Positions 24,795-34,340 of a DNA stretch of 41,843 nucleotides are shown one piece after another. Position 1 is the stretch's first letter. The number at the start of each line of letters is the position of its first letter. Source of the DNA: a virus. Its lineage: Duplodnaviria > Caudoviricetes. The notes under the pieces are model-generated. The model searched no databases, was not told the DNA's origin, and saw only the letters and a list, made by a program, of their open reading frames with translations. Location: the IMG/VR virus record IMGVR_UViG_3300043400_000041, positions 1-41,843 of that record; one strand, given 5' to 3'. Position numbers and translations under genes: made by a program.

Positions 24795-25757
24795 TTATGG
24801 CGCTATGGTGATGCCGTAGGCCGTGGCCTGATTGGCGGTGAACGTGGCCCGGTCGCTAGCCGACAGCTCCCCGGTGTATGGCATCAGGATAATCTCTGAT
24901 GCTTTACCGGAAAAATAACGCGCGGTTTGCGTCGTATGCCAGAAAAGCGAACTCAACTGCGCGTAGGGAGTCGGCGCAAAATAGGTATTAAATACCGCGA
25001 TCGTTGGCGTGGTGAATACCTGTGGGATGATCGGCCCTCCGTCGCTAGTGCCCGATGCCGCAACCCCGTTTACGTATGATCCGGGTTGACGTGCGAGATC
25101 TGCCCCGGTCGGGTTGCCCGTCACGGATCGCCAGCCATTGCCGGTAGTCTGAGTGCGCCGTATCGTTTTATCCTGTCCTGCTCGTGATATTAATGTGGAT
25201 AAAAACGGAGCCGATGGATCTACGGTCGTAACCGTAATCACTGTGCCAACTGCAAACTCAGTAAACGTCAGCTGGTTGTTATTAATGGCTAATGCAGGCC
25301 GGCCATTAATACCGTAAATCACCCCACCGCTGATAACCGCAGGCTGGCGCACTGCCGATGACTGTGTCGCATGGCGGCCATTACCACTCTGATCATACCA
25401 CGTGGTAACATAACCGATACCGCTCGGGCAAAAAGCGATTATATCCGCAGTATTAACCCAATAATTCCCATTGGCGTCAGCGGTAGTGGCAAACTCAATA
25501 TCCATTTCGGCGTTATCGCTGGATCTGCGTATGCGCATCACGGGCCCGGCATACGCGGCCCGGAGTTTGCGACTACCCCAGGCCGCTCCGGCCTGCATGG
25601 TTAATTTATCAAGGATAAGCTGCCCAGAGCTTAAAAACTCGGAGCCACTCCGGCTGCGGTCGGTGTTGAGCGGGCGGCTCAGGCTCTGCGCCTCAACCGG
25701 AAGCAGGCCGGTGACGAGGAGCGCGAGGGCGAGGAATAGGCGGGCAAAAAAGCGCAT
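24795..25757 (-). CDS. Secreted ConA/LamG-like (arabinofuranosidase-B catalytic-like) domain protein
   Basis: Signal peptide ending VEA; RKLRAAYAGPVMRIRRSSDNAE...VTTWYDQSGNGRHATQ motif. Confidence 0.8.
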   Translation of the reverse strand: MRFFARLFLALALLVTGLLPVEAQSLSRPLNTDRSRSGSEFLSSGQLILDKLTMQAGAAWGSRKLRAAYAGPVMRIRRSSDNAEMDIEFATTADANGNYWVNTADIIAFCPSGIGYVTTWYDQSGNGRHATQSSAVRQPAVISGGVIYGINGRPALAINNNQLTFTEFAVGTVITVTTVDPSAPFLSTLISRAGQDKTIRRTQTTGNGWRSVTGNPTGADLARQPGSYVNGVAASGTSDGGPIIPQVFTTPTIAVFNTYFAPTPYAQLSSLFWHTTQTARYFSGKASEIILMPYTGELSASDRATFTANQATAYGITIAP

Positions 25758-25782
25758 GGGGGCTATCTAGGCGGGCGGAGCG

Positions 25783-26220
25783 TTAGGGGGTGATGGCGAC
25801 GGCGGTCACCGCCACTTGGGTATTGCTGGTGTCCACCCGGCGCACCGATAGCTGGCTGGCATTTGTGATCGCGCCAAACATGCGGGCGGAGTTATTGGGC
25901 ACGCGGATCGCTACTCCCGTGCCGCCGCGTGTTACCTCGATGTCGGTGCCGGTGGTGTTTACTATATCCAACAGTAGGCAGGCCTGCGAGGCGAAGGCGG
26001 TATAGTTGGTGCCGGTGGCCGCAGTGGTCACGCTCACATGCGTCTCACTGGTCGTGATGGGGAGCTTGGGCGTGTAGTCGCTGGCCAAAACGACGGGGAG
26101 CGAGTCGGCGGCGGTGGTCTGGCCCAGCGCGGGCGGCAGCTGGGAGCTGGTCGGGATGTAGGTGGCTAGCGCGGTAGTGAGACCCGCGATTAATACTATA
26201 AGGAGTCGGAGGGATTGCAT
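25783..26220 (-). CDS. Secreted beta-rich protein
   Basis: MQSLRLLIVLIAGLTTALA signal peptide; LGQTTAADSLPVVLASD motif. Confidence 0.7.
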   Translation of the reverse strand: MQSLRLLIVLIAGLTTALATYIPTSSQLPPALGQTTAADSLPVVLASDYTPKLPITTSETHVSVTTAATGTNYTAFASQACLLLDIVNTTGTDIEVTRGGTGVAIRVPNNSARMFGAITNASQLSVRRVDTSNTQVAVTAVAITP

Positions 26221-26228
26221 GGGTAGAA

Positions 26229-28133
26229 TTAGTAGAGATACCAGTTGGTTGATCCGTCTGAAGTGATGCTCCACGAAGCCCCTGAGGCTATGGTCGCTGT
26301 GGTCTGCCCCTCGAAGAGGTCACTTCCAGCGCGGGTCAGAATGACGTTGCCTGATGTGCGGTTTAGAATGTCCAGCTGCACGGCCCGAGGATTCAGCGCG
26401 TTGGCGGCTGGTAGAGTAAGGGTAATGCCTCCAGCGCCCGTGCAGATGATTAGTGAATCCGTTGAAAGCAGAGTGGCGTTGGCGCTGAGACTGCGAACCG
26501 AAGCAGCCAGATCGCCACGCATCTGCGCGGCGGTGCGGTAGCTGGATACCAGCTCGTAATTGCTGCCCCCGGTGAGCTGTTCGCTCGCCACTTTCACAAA
26601 GTAATTCCCCGGCGTGGGCTCGGTGCCAAAGCCGCTCGATCCGGTGCGGTAGGTGATGCCGTACAGGCCCGCGAAATCAGACCCGTCAACCAGACCGCGC
26701 AGGGGCGAGGGCAGGCTGCGCCGCATGAGGTCCGTCTCGATCGTATCGGTGCCAGAGGTGCCTGCGGTGATGTTGGCGGCGGGCACGTCGCCCGTGAGCG
26801 TGGTGGCACTCAGGGTGCCGACGTTGATCACGCCCGGCCAGTAAATGACCGATTGGCTGGGCGAACCGGTGGAGTAGAATTGCAGCGCGCCGACTGGCGT
26901 CTGGAGGGTGACGCGCCCATCGGCCCAGCCGAGGCCGTTCTGATTTGTGGCGATGGTATCGGTAGCGCCGGTGCCGGAGAGCAGCCACGCGGGCGATGAT
27001 TGGGCCGCGCCGGTGAAGGTGTTGGCAGCGGAAAGCAGCGGCACGTTGGCCGAGAGGCGGGCATCGGCGAGGGTGCCGGTGGTGATATTGCTGGCGTTGG
27101 TGGTGTCGGTGGTGGCGCTGGCGGCGAGGCTGGCCCACTCAGGATTCGTGCCGTTGCTGCGCAGCCATTGGCCACTGGTGCCAAGGGCGAGGGTGTTGAA
27201 CGTGTTGCCAGTGGGGTTTCCGTAGAAAATACCGCCCGGCCCTGGGTGACTCGAACTCACTGTATTACCCGGATTAAGCCACAGCATACCGCCTTGGGTC
27301 AGGTTGCTGACGCTCGTCAGCTTGGCGGTTAATGGCTGGTAAGTAGAGGCGGCGGTGGCGGAGGTAATCCCATCCGTGATGCCGTAGCCGGAGAGCGTGG
27401 TGGGCGTGGCGGTGATCGTGCTCCATGCCTGATTATGCGCCAGCGGGGTGCGCGCATCGCTCAGCCGGGTGTCGTTTCCGATGACAACTTGGGAGGTCAG
27501 GGCATTCCCCGATTCGTTGAAATTCTTCGTAACAACAGTGCCGAAGGTAGGGAGACCGAGGGCGGTCTTGAGTCCGGCGGCATCCTGCACGGTCCACGAA
27601 CTGCCAGAATAACCGAGCATCACTTGGATGGGGCCGCCGGGGTTGGAATTATCCAATACCTTCCCCCAGCGAGCATCGTTGCCCTTGGCCAACTGCGTTG
27701 CCGTGGCAGAGGAGCCACTCGCAGCATCGAGCGCAGCGGCGGTTCCGAGAGTGGGCTTGTTGAGTATCTGGGCGTCGCCCGAGGAGGCATTCCAGTCCGC
27801 GTTGACGTTCACCTCGGCCCCGGCGGCAATGCCGTTGAGTTTGGTTTCAAGGGCGGTGGTAAAGCTGGCAGTGGTGCCGGTGAGAACGGCGGCGAGCGGC
27901 TGCTTGCCATCGAGCGCCCCTTGCAGGCCGGAGACGTCGGCGATCTGGAGCGCGTTGTCGGGGAGAGTGATCGCCGCGCCGGGCGAGAAGGTGACGGTGC
28001 GGCCAGAGGGAACAGTCAGGTCTTCGGTGAGGGCGTTGGTGCCGACCGTCTTGGTCACGGTCTTGGTCGAGGTCGTAGTTTGCGCCCAAGCACACGAGAC
28101 GAGGAGGAGGGAGAGGAGGAAGCGGGTTTTCAT
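26229..28133 (-). CDS. Tail-fibre-like protein with N-terminal signal peptide
   Basis: MKTRFLLSLLLVSCAWA; fibre motifs KLNGIAAGAEVNVNADWN...ILNKP, DTRLSDARTP, PTTLSGYGITD; C-terminal TLTLPAA...SDGSTNW domain. Confidence 0.8.
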   Translation of the reverse strand: MKTRFLLSLLLVSCAWAQTTTSTKTVTKTVGTNALTEDLTVPSGRTVTFSPGAAITLPDNALQIADVSGLQGALDGKQPLAAVLTGTTASFTTALETKLNGIAAGAEVNVNADWNASSGDAQILNKPTLGTAAALDAASGSSATATQLAKGNDARWGKVLDNSNPGGPIQVMLGYSGSSWTVQDAAGLKTALGLPTFGTVVTKNFNESGNALTSQVVIGNDTRLSDARTPLAHNQAWSTITATPTTLSGYGITDGITSATAASTYQPLTAKLTSVSNLTQGGMLWLNPGNTVSSSHPGPGGIFYGNPTGNTFNTLALGTSGQWLRSNGTNPEWASLAASATTDTTNASNITTGTLADARLSANVPLLSAANTFTGAAQSSPAWLLSGTGATDTIATNQNGLGWADGRVTLQTPVGALQFYSTGSPSQSVIYWPGVINVGTLSATTLTGDVPAANITAGTSGTDTIETDLMRRSLPSPLRGLVDGSDFAGLYGITYRTGSSGFGTEPTPGNYFVKVASEQLTGGSNYELVSSYRTAAQMRGDLAASVRSLSANATLLSTDSLIICTGAGGITLTLPAANALNPRAVQLDILNRTSGNVILTRAGSDLFEGQTTATIASGASWSITSDGSTNWYLY

Positions 28134-28135
28134 CG

Positions 28136-28804
28136 TTAGTTGAGGCGCACCCAGATCTTGGCGTTCGTCACCGGCACGGCGTCGTCCGGCAGCACCAGTC
28201 CGGCGGCGGTATTTTCCGCCGTGGTGCCGTCCCATGCCTGGAGCTGCCACATGGACAGCACGCCTTCGGACGAGACGAGGCAGGGGGTGAGCAGCGGCAG
28301 GTCGGTGGTGGCCACGCCGTCCAGGCTGCCACCAGTGCCGCCTACGAGGGCGTAGCGGAAGAGCAGGCGCTCGTTAAGCGCGGCAGCCAGTTGAGTGGTC
28401 GATACATTTGATGGCAGGGTATTGCCCGCCGTAACTGGCTGCACTGCGCCCGGAGGTGGCGGGGTGGCGGGCGCATTCTGGGGGATCGCGGCCGTTGATC
28501 CGGCTGGCTGGGGGGTGGCGGCGGGTATGGCCTCGGGCGCCGGAGCAGTGGCAGGGGTGGCACTGGCCACCGCTCCAGGGGGCGCGGGCGGGGTTACGGT
28601 GGCTTGGGGGATGGCCTCAGTTACACCGGGGCCGCCGGGCAGGCCGACGCCGCTCGACGGTGGCACGCTCAGCGCCGGATCGGCGGCAGCCCCGCCGCCC
28701 ACCGTAATGCTGTCTGGCGGGCTGGCCGCACCCGCACCCGACAGCGTGATCGCGGCAGGCGGCGGCGGAGCGGCGGGCGTGGTGTAGGGGATGGGGTCGG
28801 CCAT
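28136..28804 (-). CDS. Pro/Ala-rich virion-associated protein with small C-terminal domain
   Basis: About 130 aa of repeated P-x-A-I-P units, then LVGGTGGSLDGVAT...LVLPDD...IWVRL. Confidence 0.7.
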   Translation of the reverse strand: MADPIPYTTPAAPPPPAAITLSGAGAASPPDSITVGGGAAADPALSVPPSSGVGLPGGPGVTEAIPQATVTPPAPPGAVASATPATAPAPEAIPAATPQPAGSTAAIPQNAPATPPPPGAVQPVTAGNTLPSNVSTTQLAAALNERLLFRYALVGGTGGSLDGVATTDLPLLTPCLVSSEGVLSMWQLQAWDGTTAENTAAGLVLPDDAVPVTNAKIWVRLN

Positions 28805-28819
28805 GGGTGCGGCGTCCGG

Positions 28820-29374
28820 TTACGTGAGGTTGGTGAGCTGGCCGCTCTCCAGATCGCTCTTAAGGCGGCGGATCTTGAGCGAGAAGGAGACCACGGCGCT
28901 CTGGTCGCCAAACTCCACCGCGCCGTCTATTTCGGCATAGCCGTAAATATCGACCACGCTCACGAGCTGATCCGCCTGGTTGTATTGCTGGAACTTGAAC
29001 CATCCTTTCACCTTGCCCGTGCGGGCGAGGGGCACGAAAGCGCCGGGGTTGGTGGCCGCAGTGGGGTCGATTTCGAGCGAGCCAAAGAGCAGCTCCCACA
29101 TGAGGGGGGATGCCTCCTCCACGGTGCAGCTGATCGAGAGGTCTTGTTTGCTCTCCAGCACATCGTGCAGGACCATGCGGCCGGGCGACGGGCGGAAGAT
29201 CTCGATGTCGGAGCGGGTCTGCTCGACGGAGGCGGAGGAGACCAGGCCGATGCTCGTCCAGTTGGTGGTCGGAGCATTGTCGGGCTTGGCGGTGCGGGAT
29301 ACGACTACGGTGTCGATCGTGTCACCCTCGCGGGCGAAGAAGAGGTGGTTTCCCACCAGGATGGATTGAGGCAT
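28820..29374 (-). CDS. Major tail tube protein
   Basis: 184 aa, WTSIGLV motif, beta-rich, after the neck genes. Confidence 0.7.
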   Translation of the reverse strand: MPQSILVGNHLFFAREGDTIDTVVVSRTAKPDNAPTTNWTSIGLVSSASVEQTRSDIEIFRPSPGRMVLHDVLESKQDLSISCTVEEASPLMWELLFGSLEIDPTAATNPGAFVPLARTGKVKGWFKFQQYNQADQLVSVVDIYGYAEIDGAVEFGDQSAVVSFSLKIRRLKSDLESGQLTNLT

Positions 29375-29397
29375 GGTTTAGTGGCTTAAGGGTTGGC

Positions 29398-29886
29398 TTA
29401 CGAGTTGGAGGAGAGGGTCAGCTTGGCGGTGAAGCGGATGGAGTAGGTCACGCAGCCGGAGTCCTCGATCACGAGGGAGACGGCCTCGGCGGCGGGGGTG
29501 AAAATCCCCAGCACGGCGCCGGGCGTCTGGTTGGCTCCGGCCATGGTGCTCAAGACCGCCTCGATAAGATCCTCCACGGGCAGCACGGCGACGGGCGGCA
29601 CCTGGGCGGCGGCCAGCCGGGCGCGGATGGTGGGCTGGGTGCGCAGGTGCACGGCGATTTCCGCTTCCACGCCGTAGAGGCCGGGGGTTCGCAGTGGCTG
29701 GGGGATGCTGACCGAGAGCAGCGGGGGGATGGAAATGCAGGCCCCGTATTCCCGCAGCGCATCTTCCAGCACGGGCGCAGGTGTGCCGGGCGGCAGATCA
29801 TCGAGCAGTATCGGCGTGTTGCCGAGCGTGGTGGCGGTGAGCAGGCGCTGGCGCACGATCGGGCGGAGTTGGCTGAGGGCTGGCAT
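29398..29886 (-). CDS. Tail terminator-like protein
   Basis: Size and position before the tube gene. Confidence 0.55.
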   Translation of the reverse strand: MPALSQLRPIVRQRLLTATTLGNTPILLDDLPPGTPAPVLEDALREYGACISIPPLLSVSIPQPLRTPGLYGVEAEIAVHLRTQPTIRARLAAAQVPPVAVLPVEDLIEAVLSTMAGANQTPGAVLGIFTPAAEAVSLVIEDSGCVTYSIRFTAKLTLSSNS

Positions 29887-29897
29887 GGGTGAGTGAG

Positions 29898-30611
29898 TTA
29901 GACGGGGCGCAGGCCGACGGAGCGCGCGGCGTCGGCAAAGTAGTCGCCGAGTTTGCGGCGCAGGTAGATTTCGGTGTCGGCCCGCACGGAGCGCAGGGCG
30001 GCCGGCACGATGCCGTAGCGTTGGGCGATTTGCTGGTGGCCTTCCACGAAGCCGGAAAGCTCGGCTCCGTTGGTGGTGAGGCGCACTTCGCCGAGCAGTC
30101 TCTTGCCTTGGCGGTCACGCTGTTGGTGGGTGGCTTCGAGCAGTGAGGTGTCGATACGCGCCGACACATTGGAACGCAGTGAGCGCCCCTGGCTGTTGCT
30201 GCGCCAGCGCCGCATGAGGAAGGCCACCGCGAGCACGTTTTGTCCGCTTTGGCGGCGGGCTAGTTCACTCCAGACCAGCCGCTGATGCGTGGTAAGCGTG
30301 CGCCCGTGCTTGTCGGTGAGCGGGGCGGAGGCGGAGGCGGTGATGCCGGCACGCAGTTTGGTGCCGCGCCCTTGGCGGGCACGCTGGCGCATCTCGACAA
30401 ACGCCACGCCGCGCGAGCGCTTGGACCCCTTGCGTGAGCCGCGCCATTTGTGCGAGGCAAAGCCCTTGTAGAGCTGGATGCGCAGGTCGTCGGCTTTCTT
30501 GTGCGTCGCCTCGATGGCGCCCTTGCGGGAGAGCCCTTGGTAGAGAGTGAGGGCGCGCTGGAGTGCATCCAGTTCCGCCAGGGATGCTTTGTCGATGGAG
30601 GGCGCGATCAT
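29898..30611 (-). CDS. Basic neck/tail completion protein
   Basis: ATG 30611 coupled by ATGA; Arg/Lys-rich; neck position. Confidence 0.55.
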   Translation of the reverse strand: MIAPSIDKASLAELDALQRALTLYQGLSRKGAIEATHKKADDLRIQLYKGFASHKWRGSRKGSKRSRGVAFVEMRQRARQGRGTKLRAGITASASAPLTDKHGRTLTTHQRLVWSELARRQSGQNVLAVAFLMRRWRSNSQGRSLRSNVSARIDTSLLEATHQQRDRQGKRLLGEVRLTTNGAELSGFVEGHQQIAQRYGIVPAALRSVRADTEIYLRRKLGDYFADAARSVGLRPV

Positions 30612-30922
30612 CGTAAGACCTCCTCCAATACGAGGGCGATGGTGCCGGGCATCTGGCCGGGGCGCAGGGAAACGAGGCGGTGCTCGATGCCGTCGATAAA
30701 GAAGGGCTCCCCGACTTCGGGGAGGGGGGCGGGCACCGTAGCCCGCCGGACAACAAACACGGTCTCTTCGACCGTGCCCCGACCATCGAGGCCGGGCTGG
30801 CTCTGCACCTGACGCACGCCCGCCGCCTGCCGGGTGCCGTCCCCCCACGTGCCCACCTCGCCGTGGGCGGCGAAGAGGGCATCGTGGCCCCGCGTGAGGG
30901 CGAGTTGGGCGGCGGAGGGCAT
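30608..30922 (-). CDS. Head-tail joining protein
   Basis: 104 aa after the capsid gene; PEVGEPFFIDG beta motif. Confidence 0.6.
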   Translation of the reverse strand: MPSAAQLALTRGHDALFAAHGEVGTWGDGTRQAAGVRQVQSQPGLDGRGTVEETVFVVRRATVPAPLPEVGEPFFIDGIEHRLVSLRPGQMPGTIALVLEEVLR

Positions 30923-30949
30923 GGCGGCGGGTGTGCTCCAGGGTTAAGC

Positions 30950-32767
30950 TTAGGCGCTGATGAGGCGCTGGCCGCTGGCGGCCTGACCCTTCGCCGTGCC
31001 AAACATGAGCGCGGCGCGCCACACGGCGCGGCCGAGGGTGTGGTCAACGAACTGGGTAACAGCCAGGCTGATGCCGGTGTCGGCGTTGGTGATGGTCGAG
31101 ACGGCACCGTTGTTAGCGCCGGGCAGGGCGGTGGTGTAGTCGTTTGGCAGGCGGGTCGCGATAACCAGCGAGTCGGGACCGCCCGCGAAGCCGGTGAGGT
31201 TGCCGGTGGTGGGGAGGTTGACCGCTTCGACCGGCTGGAGCGTGTGAATGGTCGGCAGGGTGTAGCCGGTGATCAACTCGGACTTCTGGTAGGCGGCGAG
31301 GTTGAGGATGGTGGTGTCGTTAGCGAGGGCCTCGTAGTAGTCCTGGTTAAGGAGTATGAAGCGGCCGAGCCCGGCGACGCCACGGCCACCAAGCGCCTTG
31401 GCGAGTTTCACAAGTGCCTTGCGGTCCATATTGACCAGCGCAGTGGTGGTGGAGTTGGCGAAGTTGCCAGCGGTGATGTTGGCATAGAGAGCGTCCACCA
31501 AGACCTTGCCGAGGGCGTAGGAAATGCCTTCGACCTGCTCGCTGAAAAGGTCGCGGGAGGTGCTGGCGACTTCATTGGCATTGAAGGCGATCTGCACCGC
31601 TTTGTGCGCGTCGATAGTGACGGGCACGTCGGTGGTGCCGGCATCGCTAGTGGCGTAACCCGTGACTGAATTGTAATCAGTCACGGTGGGGATGGTGCGA
31701 ATGCGGCTCTTTACCGCTTGATTGAAGCTCACGTTCTCAGCCGAGAAGTCGGTCGAGATCATGCCGAGCATCGGGAACTGGAGCTTGAGCAGGGGCAGCG
31801 CGCTCTGGAGGATGAGGTCGCCAGCAAGGGAGCCGAGGGAGTTGGCGGCCAGAATCTTCATGGCCTCGCCGGATTGGCGCAGTTCCTTGCGGAAGGAGCC
31901 TGCGAGGATGCGGCGCTTGGTGTCGCCGTCGGCCTTGGCGTAGGCTTTGAGCTTCTCGACCAAGCCGGGCTCGGTTGTGACGGTCTGGCGGGCCACGGCG
32001 GCGGCGCGAAGGGTCTCGATCTCGGCCTTGGCGCTGGCCTCGGCTTTGCGGGCGGCTTCGAGGTCGGCCTTGGCTTTTACAGCCTCGGCTTCGGCGGCCT
32101 TGTGCTTGGCCAGGGCGGCGGCGACTTCTTCTTTCTTGGGGCCGTCTTTGAGGGCGGCGACGGAGGCGCAGATTTGCTCCTCGGTGGAATCGGCAGCAAG
32201 GCCGAGCAGTTCAGCGATCTTGTTCATGGTAGGTGCAGGGTGTTTGGGTTTAGGTTCTGGAGAGGCGGCGGCGGCGATGAGTTGCAGGCGCGCGCCAAAA
32301 GCGGGGGCGTTGACCAGCGCGCCCACGGCCTCCGCAGTGGAGAGGCCGATGGGCTGCGAGGTCTGGCGATCTAGCAGAAAGGCGGGGGAGAAGGCGCAGT
32401 AGGCACGCTCGCGCAGGGCGCGTTCTCCGGCGGGCGTCCAGTCAACACGGGCAATGACGCCGCGCGAAGGAGCCCAGGAGAACTCGCGCACGTCGCCCAT
32501 AGCCGCGCCGTTGGTGTGGTCGGCGTCGATCCATGCCCGGCCACCGGCGGCGCGCAGTTTTAGCAGTTCCTGCTGGAAGCGGGAGGCGGTGGCTTCGCTG
32601 ACGATGACCTCGCCGTGATAGCCGCCTTCGCGGTCACTGCTGGCGTGGATCTGGCTGGCCCCGGCGGGAAAATAGACGATCTCGGAGGGCAGCGCCGCCC
32701 CCTCCTGCTCCGCGATGGCGAGCTGGGCCGGGGTGGCGTAGGCGCGAATGTGGGTGGGGGTAGGCAT
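30950..32767 (-). CDS. Fused prohead protease (Mu gpI-like) / scaffold / major capsid protein
   Basis: IDADH...VDWTPAG...FSPAF...GALVNAPAF protease; MNKIAELLGL coiled-coil scaffold; DFS...VPVTIDAHKAV HK97-fold capsid; single 605 aa frame. Confidence 0.85.
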   Translation of the reverse strand: MPTPTHIRAYATPAQLAIAEQEGAALPSEIVYFPAGASQIHASSDREGGYHGEVIVSEATASRFQQELLKLRAAGGRAWIDADHTNGAAMGDVREFSWAPSRGVIARVDWTPAGERALRERAYCAFSPAFLLDRQTSQPIGLSTAEAVGALVNAPAFGARLQLIAAAASPEPKPKHPAPTMNKIAELLGLAADSTEEQICASVAALKDGPKKEEVAAALAKHKAAEAEAVKAKADLEAARKAEASAKAEIETLRAAAVARQTVTTEPGLVEKLKAYAKADGDTKRRILAGSFRKELRQSGEAMKILAANSLGSLAGDLILQSALPLLKLQFPMLGMISTDFSAENVSFNQAVKSRIRTIPTVTDYNSVTGYATSDAGTTDVPVTIDAHKAVQIAFNANEVASTSRDLFSEQVEGISYALGKVLVDALYANITAGNFANSTTTALVNMDRKALVKLAKALGGRGVAGLGRFILLNQDYYEALANDTTILNLAAYQKSELITGYTLPTIHTLQPVEAVNLPTTGNLTGFAGGPDSLVIATRLPNDYTTALPGANNGAVSTITNADTGISLAVTQFVDHTLGRAVWRAALMFGTAKGQAASGQRLISA

Positions 32768-32769
32768 GG

Positions 32770-34338
32770 TCAGGCGGCGGGTGGCGTGGTGGTGGGCTTG
32801 GGCGCGGGCTGAATGCCGAGCAGGGCGTCGGCGACGGCGGGGGGCAGGTTGAGGCGCGCCGCTTCGGAGCGGATGAAGGCCAGCTCTTCGAGCTGCTGCG
32901 TGGCGACTTCGCGCCAATCGAGGCCCATCTCGCCCTGCACGTCGCGGCGGGTGCGGATGCCGGCGGCGAGCTCATCGAGCAGGGCGCGGGAGTCGCGGCC
33001 CACGTCGATGGTGGGGCGGCGGGGGGCGTGCCAGCGGGTTGCGCGCCAATCCTCGGGGGCGGCGGCGGCGATGGCTCCGCTGGAGATACCATAGCCGATC
33101 ACTTCCTCGTAGAGGGCCTGGAGCCGGTCAGTGAGGGCGGAGCTGCGCACCTGGTAGAAACGGTTGTCGGCCACGAGGGCGGCGCGCAGGGCGGGGCCGC
33201 TCCAGCCTTCGTAGTCATGCAGGGCGGCGCGGGACAGGCCGATGGCGCGGGCCACGAGGGAGACGAGATATTCCCAGAACTCACGCATGGCGGCGGAGGG
33301 GCGGTCGTTCTCGGTCTGGCTGAATTCTTCGCCTTCGTTGAGAAACACCGTGGTGCCGCCGATGGCCTTGCGCAGCTGCGCGGCACGCTCGGGCGCGTAG
33401 CCTTGGGCGGCCAGTGCGGCAGTGTTGCTGCTCAAATCGCCGTAGCTGTCTGCCGTGCCCTCGGTATCGGCCTCGCCGCCCTTGCGTTTGAAAATGAAGG
33501 CATTGAGCGCCGCGCTCTTGGCGCAGAGCATTTCCAGCGTCTGCAATTCGTGCAGGTCTTGCAGGGTGGTGAGGCAGGCGTGGAAGAGGGAGAGGCCGCG
33601 CAGCTGGCCCGCGCGGCCCGGCTCGGCAAAATGCACCACGCGATGGGCGGGGAGCACGGTGATGGATTCGGCGGGCGAGGAAAGGATGTAGGCGAGGGCG
33701 CGGCCGTAGGCATCGCACTGTATGCCGGAGTGGCACCACTGACCGCTGATCTGGCCGGCGCCGATGCGGTGGCTTTCGATCAACTGCACGCGGGGCTCGC
33801 CTTGTTCATTGCGGGCGAGGTGGGCGAAGATTTCCCCGTCCACCGCCATGGCGCGCACGATCAGGGCCTGCAACCCGGCGAAGCTCTCGCGCCCATCAAG
33901 CGAGGCGTGGCGGGCCCAGCGCTCGAAAAACGCCTTCGCCTGCGAGTTGAAATCCGCCGAGGTGGTAATGGGGGTGGGGAGCAGGCCGGTGCCTACGATG
34001 TTGGTTTCGAGCAGGTCGAGCACCCGTTGGAAGATGGGGCTGTTCTTCTCCTGGAAGCGGGCGCGGCGCAGGATTTCGCGGCGGGTGGCTTCGTCGATGT
34101 CTTGGGCAGGATCCTGCACCCAGCCGATCTGCCAGGAGCGATTGGCACTCCACTGCGCGGCTTCGTAGTGGCCCAGCACGCGCTCGGCGGTGCTGCCCTT
34201 CACGGCGGCGAGCGCGGTGGCGGAAACGGCGGCGGCACCCCCATCGAGCATCACCACTTCCAGGCCGGACGCAGCGGCGGGCGCGGGCTTGGCGGCGGGC
34301 GCGGGCTTGGTGAAAATGCGTGAGAGAAGACCGGGCAT
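32770..34338 (-). CDS. Portal protein, lambda family
   Basis: YEAA, LRRAR, VDGEIF, QLRGLS, W..PRRPTIDVGRD; ATG 34338. Confidence 0.92.
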   Translation of the reverse strand: MPGLLSRIFTKPAPAAKPAPAAASGLEVVMLDGGAAAVSATALAAVKGSTAERVLGHYEAAQWSANRSWQIGWVQDPAQDIDEATRREILRRARFQEKNSPIFQRVLDLLETNIVGTGLLPTPITTSADFNSQAKAFFERWARHASLDGRESFAGLQALIVRAMAVDGEIFAHLARNEQGEPRVQLIESHRIGAGQISGQWCHSGIQCDAYGRALAYILSSPAESITVLPAHRVVHFAEPGRAGQLRGLSLFHACLTTLQDLHELQTLEMLCAKSAALNAFIFKRKGGEADTEGTADSYGDLSSNTAALAAQGYAPERAAQLRKAIGGTTVFLNEGEEFSQTENDRPSAAMREFWEYLVSLVARAIGLSRAALHDYEGWSGPALRAALVADNRFYQVRSSALTDRLQALYEEVIGYGISSGAIAAAAPEDWRATRWHAPRRPTIDVGRDSRALLDELAAGIRTRRDVQGEMGLDWREVATQQLEELAFIRSEAARLNLPPAVADALLGIQPAPKPTTTPPAA

Positions 34339-34340
34339 GG

